Positions 60,201 through 64,000 of a stretch of 64,000 nucleotides of DNA are shown piece after piece. The notes beneath the pieces were generated by a model, which was not told where the DNA came from, searched no databases, and saw only the letters and a program-made list of their open reading frames with translations. The translations under genes and the position numbers were made by a program. How positions within the stretch are numbered: the first letter of the stretch is position 1; each line of letters opens with the position of its first letter. Where the stretch lies: assembly GCF_001194135.2 (NCBI RefSeq), contig NC_068987.1:61951632-62015631 (forward strand), read 5' to 3'. This DNA comes from Octopus bimaculoides (taxonomy: Eukaryota).

Positions 60201-62122
60201 CATCAGTCATGTTTCATGCTGGCAAGGGTTGGATAGTTTGACAGGTTCCAATCGGTTCAAGAGATTTAAGAATGACAGAAGTGGGGGGAGAGAGGAGAGA
60301 GCGCACAGAAGTTGGGGAAAGCAGGGAGGAGGAAATAATTATGGAAATTGAAATTTAAATCAAATTACTATATGTAAGTTACTTTATGTATTTGTTTAGC
60401 AAGATTATTGATGTGAAAACGTGTGTTGAAACAAATATTGTTATAACTGGGGATGGTAAAAAAAAAATGACCCACCCCAAGTATAACAATACTAACTGTA
60501 AGGTTTATGATACAATGAAGCTTTGCTATTTGAAGCACTGCTACAAGTCAGACTATTGACTAAATGGTCCTATATTCCTATATAACCATTATGCTATGCT
60601 TCTAGCTTCAGTTTTCATTAGTACTTAATGACAAGGAAGGACATTTAGCTATAAAAATAATTGCTCCAACAATATTCACTATTAAGAGAAAGATTAAGAA
60701 AAAAAATGTCTTTAAATTAATTCCAAACCAGGTTATCACAATCAATGTATGTAAAATGAAATAAACTATGAAGAATTGTGAAAAGTAATTTGAGAATTTA
60801 ACTGTATTATCTTTGCATATGCTGAAAATGGAATATTTATGTGCTTAGTATATTTACCAAATTAAATATTGATATTAAATGCAGTGTACCAATAGTAATG
60901 TAGTGAGCCAAATATAATTTTTTAATCAACTGAAGTTATAACTGTAATAGGAAGAAAAGAGATTAGCATTATTTCCTTTGTAGCAGTGCACAGTAGTGTT
61001 GGAGCTTGATGCAGTCCTCTGGTTCGCCAGTTTCAGTTGAACTGTCTAACCATGCCAGTGGGGAAAACAGACATTAAACAAGGAGAAGGAAGAGGAGGAG
61101 GAAGAGGCTAACTATTTGCATTAAAGCATCCATAGGATGTTTTCTTGTGTCATTGTTAATATTAAAGGTGGTGATGAGCTAGCAATGATAGTAGAGCATC
61201 GGGAAAATCCTGAGTGCATACTTCTACACTGAACTAGCCATGTACAGTTTTCACTCGAAACAATTGCACCACACCTCCACCCTGTAAATGTGTGATCCCA
61301 TGGCGATCCCAGAGATCAATATTTTTGGTTCACTTTGTTTATTCAATTATTTTAATTGATTCACTAAAAGAAAAAAGGAACATTTCAAGAGATGGAGATT
61401 AGGGATTTGTTGCAACACATGGCTAAGTAATGGATTTCAAAGAAGTGCAATTCTAAAGAATAACAATATTCCTAACTGATTAAGTGCTGAGTTTAGATAG
61501 AGATAGTGAAGGATATTAGAAAGATTTAAAAGCAAACAGATTTTTGGTGGAATAAAAGCATTTGTGTAAATCCAGAACAGCAAATGTTTAGATTTGTATG
61601 AATTTTTCATTGAATACATTCTTCCTGTACACTATCTCACTATGGGAAATGCTAATGGATTGAATTATTTTCTCAATGGCTGTCTGAATTTTCACCTTCA
61701 TTTTATTTGAAGTATAATGTTGTGCAATTAGTTGAACAAACATAACACCCAAATGATTGGGATAAAGTTAGTGTATAACTTTTGCATGTTAGATTACTTG
61801 CTAGCTTTTATCTCTGTTAATAAAATATTTTGTTAAAATTTTGTATTATATGGGTTAAAGATGAGCTGATTACAGTTTGTTTGTTTTTTTTGTTTGTTTT
61901 TTTTTTTTTTGCTTATCGATAATTTGACAAACTTGAATTTCTCCCTGTTTTAAATATTTTTCATATATTCTTATTAAAATTTTTTGTTTTTGTTTTTTAT
62001 TAATGACAAATTCATAAATTCTACTTCAGTATGGAAGAGTGTGAAGCTCTATGTGGAAAAATTGCTATAATGGTAAATGGTAGGTTCCAGTGCCTTGGAA
62101 GTGTACAACATTTAAAAAATAG
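1578..62122 (+). CDS. ABCA1: ABCA-subfamily full ABC transporter (ABCA1/4/7-like), partial gene span: 24 coding exons, 3,516 nt, both ends outside window
   Basis: Spliced frame is continuous. NBD1 LSGGMKRK / VILDEPTAG / TTHHMDEAD; NBD2 GVNGAGKT / YSGGNKRK / IFLDEPTSG / [13 protein letters not shown]; R1 [15 protein letters not shown]; ECD2 [22 protein letters not shown]. Symbol means closest recognisable human homologue; one-to-one orthology not shown. Confidence 0.95.
2417..2594. mobile_element. TTAA-flanked MITE, piggyBac-type ends (family D)
   Basis: TTAA|CCCTTTAGCATT...AATGCAAAAGGG|TTAA; related copies at 38884, 40144, 48200, 50905. Confidence 0.8.
2749..2886 (+). CDS. ABCA1: ABCA exon w2 (signature, Walker B), phase 1/1
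   Basis: ttacag| ... |gtttgt; [46 protein letters not shown]. Confidence 0.95.
3175..3478 (-). mobile_element. tRNA-type SINE with CORE-like centre and family-C 3' tail
   Basis: A/B-box-like head near 3478; centre like 47995-48195 and 52783-52925; tail shared with 6680-7052. Confidence 0.65.
4074..4360 (+). CDS. ABCA1: ABCA exon w3 (H-loop plus Ser-rich linker), phase 1/0
   Basis: ttttag| ... |gtaata; [52 protein letters not shown]...SPESVNE. An alternative in-frame donor after 4267 is possible. Confidence 0.9.
4462..5117 (+). mobile_element. SINE family A, interrupted by an antisense RTE 3' tail (4631-4872)
   Basis: Head GGCTGTGTGGTAAG...GGTTCATTCCC, internal (TA/TG)n, tail GACTGAAACAAGTAAAAGAGTA; >10 copies in the window. 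Confidence 0.85.
6017..6145 (+). mobile_element. RTE reverse-transcriptase fragment with YADD
   Basis: [42 protein letters not shown]. Confidence 0.85.
6251..6374 (+). CDS. ABCA1: ABCA exon w4 (non-conserved linker), phase 0/1
   Basis: ttttag| ... |gtaagt; open frame [41 protein letters not shown]. Supplies the phase 0 to 1 change needed between w3 and w5. No homology support. Confidence 0.72.
6680..7052 (-). mobile_element. SINE family C, full length, 10-bp TSD
   Basis: TSD ACATGGTAGT at 6670-6679 and 7053-7062; (CAA)n tail; near-identical to 35111-35482. Confidence 0.88.
7541..7794. mobile_element. Tc1-like MITE
   Basis: TA|CTGTTGTGGCCAAAAGTTTGGA ... TCAAAACTTTTGGTCATGACTA, degenerate Tc1-type TIRs. 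Confidence 0.6.
8247..8449 (+). CDS. ABCA1: ABCA exon w5 (R1), phase 1/0
   Basis: ctacag| ... |gtaaga; [32 protein letters not shown]...[15 protein letters not shown]. Confidence 0.95.
8883..8912 (+). mobile_element. Solo Tc1-like TIR
   Basis: TA|CAGTATCTCACAGAAGTATGTACACTCC resembles Tc1 TIRs as recalled; no partner end found. Confidence 0.4.
11907..12112. mobile_element. TTAA-flanked MITE (second family)
   Basis: TTAA|CCCTGAAAG...CCAGAAGG|TTAA; internal part matches 38700-38880 in reverse. Confidence 0.6.
12275..12347 (+). CDS. ABCA1: ABCA exon w6, phase 0/1
   Basis: Polypyrimidine tract, aaacag| ... |gtataa; [24 protein letters not shown] completes TLEE|VFLKV. Confidence 0.88.
14009..14512 (+). 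mobile_element. RTE LINE 3' end (ORF2 C-terminus, repeat-array 3'UTR, (GAT)n tail)
   Basis: [52 protein letters not shown]; tail CATGCTAGCATGGAAAGCGGACGTTAAAC(GAT)n. Confidence 0.92.
14993..15310 (+). mobile_element. SINE family A
   Basis: Matches both halves of 4462-5117. Confidence 0.8.
15350..16100 (-). mobile_element. Cluster of SINE family B; CpG-rich, young-looking copy at 15758-15994
   Basis: Head GGCGAGCTGGCAGAA, B box GAGTTCAAATTCC, central GACTTTGCCTTTCATCCTTTCGGGGTCGATTAAATAAGTACCAG (resembles the Meta/MESC SINE domain as recalled). Confidence 0.85.
16720..16782. repeat. (AAT)n microsatellite, the tail of a minus-strand SINE-B at 16781-16997
   Basis: Seen directly. Confidence 0.9.
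17023..17502. mobile_element. Unclassified interspersed repeat family E, copy 1 (left-truncated)
   Basis: Aligns by eye along its length with 28310-28855; flanked by (GAT)n and (AAT)n. Confidence 0.8.
20415..20613. mobile_element. TTAA-flanked MITE (third family)
   Basis: TTAA|CCCTTTAACTGCA...CTGTAGTAAAAGGG|TTAA. Confidence 0.7.
21377..21484 (+). CDS. ABCA1: ABCA exon w7 (linker), phase 1/1
   Basis: ttttag| ... |gtaaga; (A)[35 protein letters not shown], resembling ABCA1 GTLPARRNRRAF as recalled. Confidence 0.78.
22845..23309 (-). mobile_element. SINE family A
   Basis: Full head, internal (CA/TACA)n and tail, in reverse. Confidence 0.87.
23343..23722 (+). mobile_element. SINE family A, head-to-head with the previous copy
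   Basis: Full head, internal (TG)n and tail. Confidence 0.85.
25166..25489. mobile_element. Foldback-type element with an 82-bp inverted repeat
   Basis: Arms 25264-25345 and 25408-25489 with 3 mismatches; related rearranged copy at 30298-30441. Confidence 0.7.
25543..25964. mobile_element. Tigger/pogo-like MITE, TA target
   Basis: TA|CAGGTTGTTGACTAACGACC ... GGTCGTAAGTCAACAACGACCTG|TA. Confidence 0.75.
27105..27253 (+). CDS. ABCA1: ABCA exon w8, phase 1/0
   Basis: attcag| ... |gtaggt; [50 protein letters not shown]. Confidence 0.93.
27400..27680 (-). mobile_element. RTE 3' tail with two repeat units
   Basis: (ATC)n plus tail consensus, and hairpin/pseudoknot units in reverse. Confidence 0.8.
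27825..28260 (-). mobile_element. SINE-B interrupted by an opposite-strand SINE-B (27976-28177)
   Basis: 13-bp TSD TTGAACTCAAAAC at 27963-27975 and 28178-28190. Confidence 0.8.
28310..28855. mobile_element. Unclassified interspersed repeat family E, copy 2
   Basis: Matches 17023-17502; embedded in (GAT)n(AAT)n ... (AAT)n. Confidence 0.8.
28973..29115 (+). CDS. ABCA1: ABCA exon w9 (TM7, start of ECD2), phase 0/2
   Basis: ttgcag| ... |gtaggt; [47 protein letters not shown]. Confidence 0.93.
29612..29851 (+). mobile_element. R4/Dong-like LINE 3' end with (TAA)n tail
   Basis: [42 protein letters not shown] (stop 29738-29740), short 3'UTR, then (TAA)n. Confidence 0.7.
30120..30224 (+). CDS. ABCA1: ABCA exon w10 (ECD2), phase 2/2
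   Basis: cctaaaag| (AAG acceptor) ... |gtaagt; [35 protein letters not shown]. Confidence 0.88.
32400..32506 (+). CDS. ABCA1: ABCA exon w11 (ECD2 Cys loop), phase 2/1
   Basis: ttctag| ... aaag|gttcgt; [35 protein letters not shown]. The 3' end is ambiguous (competing donor after 32510). Confidence 0.8.
33903..34128. mobile_element. mariner-type MITE, TA target
   Basis: TA|CAAGGGAGTGCTGAAAAGTTCCTGGCT ... AGCCGTGAACTTTTCAGCAACCCCTCA|TA. Confidence 0.8.
34190..34310 (+). CDS. ABCA1: ABCA exon w12 (ECD2), phase 1/2
   Basis: ctgtag| ... |gtactg; [41 protein letters not shown]. Confidence 0.88.
35111..35482 (+). mobile_element. SINE family C, full length, 11-bp TSD
   Basis: TSD TAACATCAGAA at 35100-35110 and 35483-35493. 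Confidence 0.9.
35865..36660 (-). mobile_element. Degenerate R4/Dong-like LINE fragment: zinc-knuckle region plus restriction-like endonuclease
   Basis: [34 protein letters not shown]...[10 protein letters not shown]...[21 protein letters not shown], then K*YEHHPEAV...[24 protein letters not shown]...KEFVKFSKY. Confidence 0.85.
36755..37435 (+). mobile_element. Three tandem SINE-B copies joined by (ATT)n
   Basis: Repeated B box plus central domain; (ATT)n tails. Confidence 0.8.
37507..37684 (+). CDS. ABCA1: ABCA exon w13 (ECD2), phase 2/0
   Basis: ttatag| ... |gtagga; [30 protein letters not shown]...[11 protein letters not shown]. Confidence 0.92.
38118..38475 (+). mobile_element. SINE family A
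   Basis: Head and tail match family A. Confidence 0.8.
38884..39493. mobile_element. Family-D MITE split by a LINE insertion
   Basis: Left part TTAA|CCCTTTACCATT to ~39063; right remnant TTGACAAAGTAATCTCAATGTTAAG at 39469-39493. Confidence 0.6.
39064..39476 (-). mobile_element. HERO-like (RLE) non-LTR retrotransposon 3' end
   Basis: [36 protein letters not shown]...[30 protein letters not shown]; the PxEVGCRGF and SxWxWxKR motifs match the HERO clade as recalled. Confidence 0.75.
39774..39943 (+). CDS. ABCA1: ABCA exon w14 (ECD2), phase 0/2
   Basis: tctcag| ... |gtaagt; [30 protein letters not shown]...[17 protein letters not shown]. Confidence 0.95.
40144..40355. mobile_element. Family-D MITE (degenerate)
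   Basis: Internal and 3' similarity to 2417-2594. Confidence 0.7.
40980..41200 (-). mobile_element. cecropia-type (Hsmar1-like) mariner 3' end
   Basis: TA|TTAGGTTGTCAAGAAAGTTCTTGCGGTTTT TIR; transposase end [29 protein letters not shown]. Confidence 0.82.
41331..41722 (-). pseudogene. EFCAB10: Intronless EFCAB10-like retrocopy with a single -1 frameshift, nested antisense in ABCA intron w14-w15
   Basis: ATG at 41722. Frame 1 reads [52 protein letters not shown]; frame 2 (track ORF 41331-41564) reads [44 protein letters not shown]...HKE*. Adding one base to the T5 run at 41565-41569 gives one 130-aa ORF with the EFCAB10 layout (LxEHKI..LF.NM...L.F.R; LF...N..S.F....P..KG..T...Y.EAM.TL), matched from memory. 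Confidence 0.75.
42924..43485 (+). mobile_element. Non-autonomous Helitron/DINE-1-like element with an internal 30-bp tandem duplication (43167-43226)
   Basis: Starts ACTAGCAGGAC followed by near-palindrome CCGTGAATATTTCATGG; ends ACGGAGTGACAAGTAGAATTATCATAAGAT. Confidence 0.5.
43548..43725 (+). CDS. ABCA1: ABCA exon w15 (TMD2), phase 2/0
   Basis: attcag| ... |gtcagt; [59 protein letters not shown]. Confidence 0.95.
44504..44619 (+). CDS. ABCA1: ABCA exon w16 (TMD2), phase 0/2
   Basis: cctcag| ... |gtaagt; [39 protein letters not shown] (not in the ORF track in this frame). Confidence 0.95.
44815..45030 (-). mobile_element. SINE family A (internally deleted)
   Basis: Tail and head pieces. 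Confidence 0.7.
45315..45630 (+). mobile_element. mariner transposase C-terminal fragment with right TIR
   Basis: [18 protein letters not shown] /fs/ [27 protein letters not shown] /fs/ [30 protein letters not shown]; TIR GAACTTTTCAGCCAACCCTCAT. Confidence 0.85.
46113..47507 (-). mobile_element. 5'-truncated RTE LINE (~1.4 kb): PHD-like finger, thumb region, 3'UTR array, tail
   Basis: Frame open 47507-46794 ([11 protein letters not shown]...[12 protein letters not shown]...AWAKFRE...LHWYGHVL), +2 slip near 46795, then [14 protein letters not shown]...EKTWQTK*; both flanks are (TA)n. Confidence 0.93.
47582..47732 (+). CDS. ABCA1: ABCA exon w17 (TMD2), phase 2/0
   Basis: ttttag| ... |gtaagg; [50 protein letters not shown]. 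Confidence 0.95.
47995..48195 (-). mobile_element. SINE with CORE-like domain
   Basis: In reverse: head TGGCTCAGTGGTAGGG...GAGTTCAATTCCC and centre GCAAGGCACTTTATT...TTGCTCCAGTTTACTCAGCTG. Confidence 0.6.
48200..48385. mobile_element. Family-D MITE ending 23 nt before the w18 exon
   Basis: 3' end GTAATCTAAATGCTAAAGGT|TTAA, TTAA at 48386-48389. Confidence 0.75.
48409..48532 (+). CDS. ABCA1: ABCA exon w18 (TMD2), phase 0/1
   Basis: tttcag| ... |gtaagt; [41 protein letters not shown]. Confidence 0.95.
49225..49430 (+). mobile_element. Old RTE-type LINE C-terminal fragment (different family)
   Basis: [39 protein letters not shown]. Confidence 0.55.
49810..50217 (-). mobile_element. SINE family A, full length, young-looking
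   Basis: CpGs retained; all parts present. Confidence 0.9.
50320..50449 (+). CDS. ABCA1: ABCA exon w19 (last TM), phase 1/2
   Basis: tcacag| ... |gtatag; [43 protein letters not shown]. Confidence 0.94.
50905..51124. mobile_element. Family-D MITE, full length
   Basis: TTAA|CCCTTTAGCATTT ... AATACTAAAGGT|TTAA. Confidence 0.82.
51382..51502 (+). CDS. ABCA1: ABCA exon w20, phase 2/0
   Basis: gtgcag| ... |gtaatg; [40 protein letters not shown]. Confidence 0.94.
51565..51795 (-). mobile_element. RTE 3' tail
   Basis: (ATC)n plus tail consensus as at 4631-4872. Confidence 0.85.
51909..52119. other. Assembly gap (others: 4778-4860, 7365-7444, 8049-8128, 9637-9646, 14362-14438, 51155-51181)
   Basis: N runs, most inside microsatellites or repeats. 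Confidence 0.99.
52783..52925 (+). mobile_element. SINE with CORE-like domain
   Basis: GACTTAGTGGTTAGG head; TTGAACAAAGGACTTCATTTCACATTGTTCCAGTTCAATCGGCTGAAAATGAG. Confidence 0.55.
53367..53684 (+). CDS. ABCA1: ABCA exon w21 (NBD2 Walker A, Q-loop), phase 0/0
   Basis: tttcag| ... |gtaagc; [44 protein letters not shown]...SYCPQFDAL...[15 protein letters not shown]. Confidence 0.96.
54045..54670 (-). mobile_element. Three tandem SINE-B copies joined by (AAT)n
   Basis: Repeated domain GGTACTTATTTTATCGACC...AAAGGATGAAAGGCAAAGTC. Confidence 0.82.
54906..55040 (+). CDS. ABCA1: ABCA exon w22 (NBD2 signature), phase 0/0
   Basis: tttcag| ... |gtaagt; [45 protein letters not shown]. Confidence 0.96.
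55649..55935. repeat. ~140-bp imperfect tandem duplication (RTE tail plus flank)
   Basis: Units start CATGCCAACATG at 55649 and 55789; both contain TTTCCTTTTCAAATAGACATC and TAACATACC. Confidence 0.8.
56192..56911 (-). mobile_element. SINE-A interrupted by a + strand RTE 3'UTR/tail (56393-56743)
   Basis: SINE 3' half 56192-56390, SINE 5' half 56744-56911. Confidence 0.88.
57313..57372. repeat. 3 x 20-bp minisatellite
   Basis: ATAGTGAGCTATTGCATTAT / ATAGTGAGCTGTTGTATTGA / ATAGTGGACTGTTATATTGT. Confidence 0.75.
58762..59012 (+). mobile_element. GC-rich SINE-like or non-autonomous RTE-related element with (GAG)n tail
   Basis: GGGGTAAGCAAGGGCATGCTCCCCATAGAAAA resembles the RTE motif GGCGTTAGGAAGGGCATCCAGCTGTAGAAA; ends in (GAG)n. 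Confidence 0.4.
59262..59365 (+). CDS. ABCA1: ABCA exon w23 (NBD2 Walker B, D-loop), phase 0/2
   Basis: tttgaag| (AAG acceptor) ... |gtattt; [34 protein letters not shown]. Confidence 0.95.
62030..62122 (+). CDS. ABCA1: ABCA exon w24, phase 2/2; next exon lies outside the window
   Basis: cttcag| ... |gtaatt; [31 protein letters not shown]. Confidence 0.95.
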
Positions 62123-63880
62123 GTAATTTCTTTTTTTTTTCTTTTTTTTGATAATTATTTTTAAAATAACAACAGAATTTTATTGAATTTTGTCTTGTTT
62201 TTCAGAGTTATTTATTTTGTGGAAATTGCAAATTAAAAAATAAATAAAAATATATATAATGCAAAAAAAAAAATCAATTGAAAGGTATTTTTGAAAAGTC
62301 AAATTGAATTTGAATTAAATGTGAAACTCAATAAAAAAAAATGTAACTTTTATTATTCACTCTGTTTCAATTCAAATTTAAAGCATTATCTTATGCTCTG
62401 GAAATATCTCTTTCATCCATCTGAAATTTCGAAATACAAACATCTTGAAATGAAATTTCCATCTCTACAAAAGTAATGACTATATTTTGAATTTTTCATC
62501 ATGAATTTTTCACAATATCAATACATGTTTTATTGAAGTTGTTTTAAATTTCTTTGTAATTACTAATTACAGAGAAATATCAGTTTGATACGGTGGCTTC
62601 CCTAGCATACCAAATTATTCAGATTTGAATTTCATTAGGTTATTTAGCAATATCCCAAATTTTACTGAATTGAAAAGGAGCCAAACTGTAGAAAGTTAAA
62701 AGTTACACTAAAATTCAGCATTGGCATGACTCTGTCAGATTTAGAAAAGCTGTAAATTGGTACCATGGGGAGGTAAAGCTATTCCATGTAAGCAGCAAGC
62801 ACATGGAATATTTGATTTCCATTTAATTTTTTTTTTTTTTTAAGTTGGTCAAGCAAATTGAAGCAAGCATAGTTGCATAGTTTAGGTGCCTTGTTCAGAG
62901 GGTAGAGGTATTCAATGCAATAATAGTAGAACAGTTGTAAGATCTGAATATATAACCTAACCATACACCTTTTGTTATGCCTCATAATATTAGCAGATGT
63001 AGTTTTTTTGAATGCTAAAGACTACACTGTTTTGAACTTTATTGGTTTACTTCTCTCCTGAATATATATATTACAACAAATTTTATAGCATTTTACACTC
63101 AACAAACAACACTCATCTTGCAATGCATGTCTCTATCAATATAATTAACTCTCTTATGTACATTAACAAAGCTGTTTGTATCCATTCTGTGAAACAAGAT
63201 AGCTTATTTAAAACGGACCATGTATGATGCTATAAAACATTACATTTGATGTTATTAAGTAGAGTGGTAGGAATGTGGAGCACCAGATAAACTACGTTTT
63301 ATTCCTCAGTTGTCAATAAAATACATGCTGAATCATGTACTTGAGCTGCTTCAATCAGCTGTATCAATCTTCTCCAAAGTTGTGGCATCATACCAATATT
63401 AACTCAATTATTCTTATTCTTCTGAGGTTGATAAAATAACTATTAGTCAACCACAGTTTGATGTAATAACTATTTCATTGAAGTTGGTGCTCTGGCTTAG
63501 CTTCAGTCCAAAGCTTAAAACCAGTAAAACATTAAAATAATGAAAACAAGCATGCAAAAAACATTCAATTTTCCTACAGAATAAATTTCAGAACACTGGT
63601 TCTAAGCACTGTGGTTATAAATGCTGTGGCTCTTTACTTGACTTATTGCTGCTTTCTGCTCTCTTTTTCATCCTTTTCTGACAAGTTGTGATGCACTTGA
63701 GCATTGTTTACAAGCTGTAAGGATTGTTAGAGTTTTGTAAAAAGATGTTTTGTGGAATTTGTCATTCTGAGTTCAAATTGTGTTGAGGACAACTTTTTCA
63801 GGGTTAATGGTATCATCTATTCCTTCTTCCCTCAAAATTGCTGGCCTTGTTATTTATTATTATCATTGTTGTTTTTGCTG

Positions 63881-63912
<32 letters not shown>

Positions 63913-64000
63913 GGTGGTGGTAGTAGTAGTAGTAGTAGTATATGGCTGCCAGTTGGCACATCTGACAAAATGCTCAGTGGCATTACATCAGCCTTTATGT

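Noticed and set aside
62570-62760. Candidate next ABCA exon (expected FGDGY… R2 domain)
   Set aside because: No matching translation after any AG up to 64000; the exon lies beyond the window.
322-63227. Most short ORFs in the supplied track (YIYI, VCVC, HTHT, poly-I/L runs, ORFs through Ns)
   Set aside because: They are translations of microsatellites, SINEs or gaps, or read-through of real exons into introns, with no independent coding signal.

Overview
Animal genomic DNA, AT-rich and dense in microsatellites and transposons. The repeat families suggest an octopus or other cephalopod (inference). One + strand gene spans the window: 24 hand-assembled coding exons (1578-62122, 3,516 nt, all GT-AG and phase-compatible) encode an internal part of an ABCA1/4/7-type full ABC transporter. 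They cover the second half of NBD1, R1, TM7/ECD2, TMD2 and NBD2; the gene starts upstream and ends downstream of the window. Introns hold RTE, R4/Dong-like and HERO-like LINE fragments, three tRNA-type SINE families (my labels A, B, C), Tc1/mariner, Tigger-like and TTAA (piggyBac-type) MITEs, a foldback element and a Helitron-like element. The main non-routine observations are: (1) an intronless EFCAB10-like retrocopy with one frameshift, nested antisense at 41331-41722; (2) a tandem ~65-nt hairpin plus H-type pseudoknot module, with some covariation, in the RTE 3'UTR; (3) a C4HC3 PHD finger inside RTE ORF2; (4) competing splice donors at 32506/32510 with a MITE-derived in-frame acceptor; (5) inverted SINE pairs that could form long dsRNA. 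I found no tRNA/rRNA genes or CRISPR arrays. Exon edges were counted by hand and repeat edges are approximate (+/-10-20 nt). Comparisons with known proteins and families are from memory and need database confirmation.
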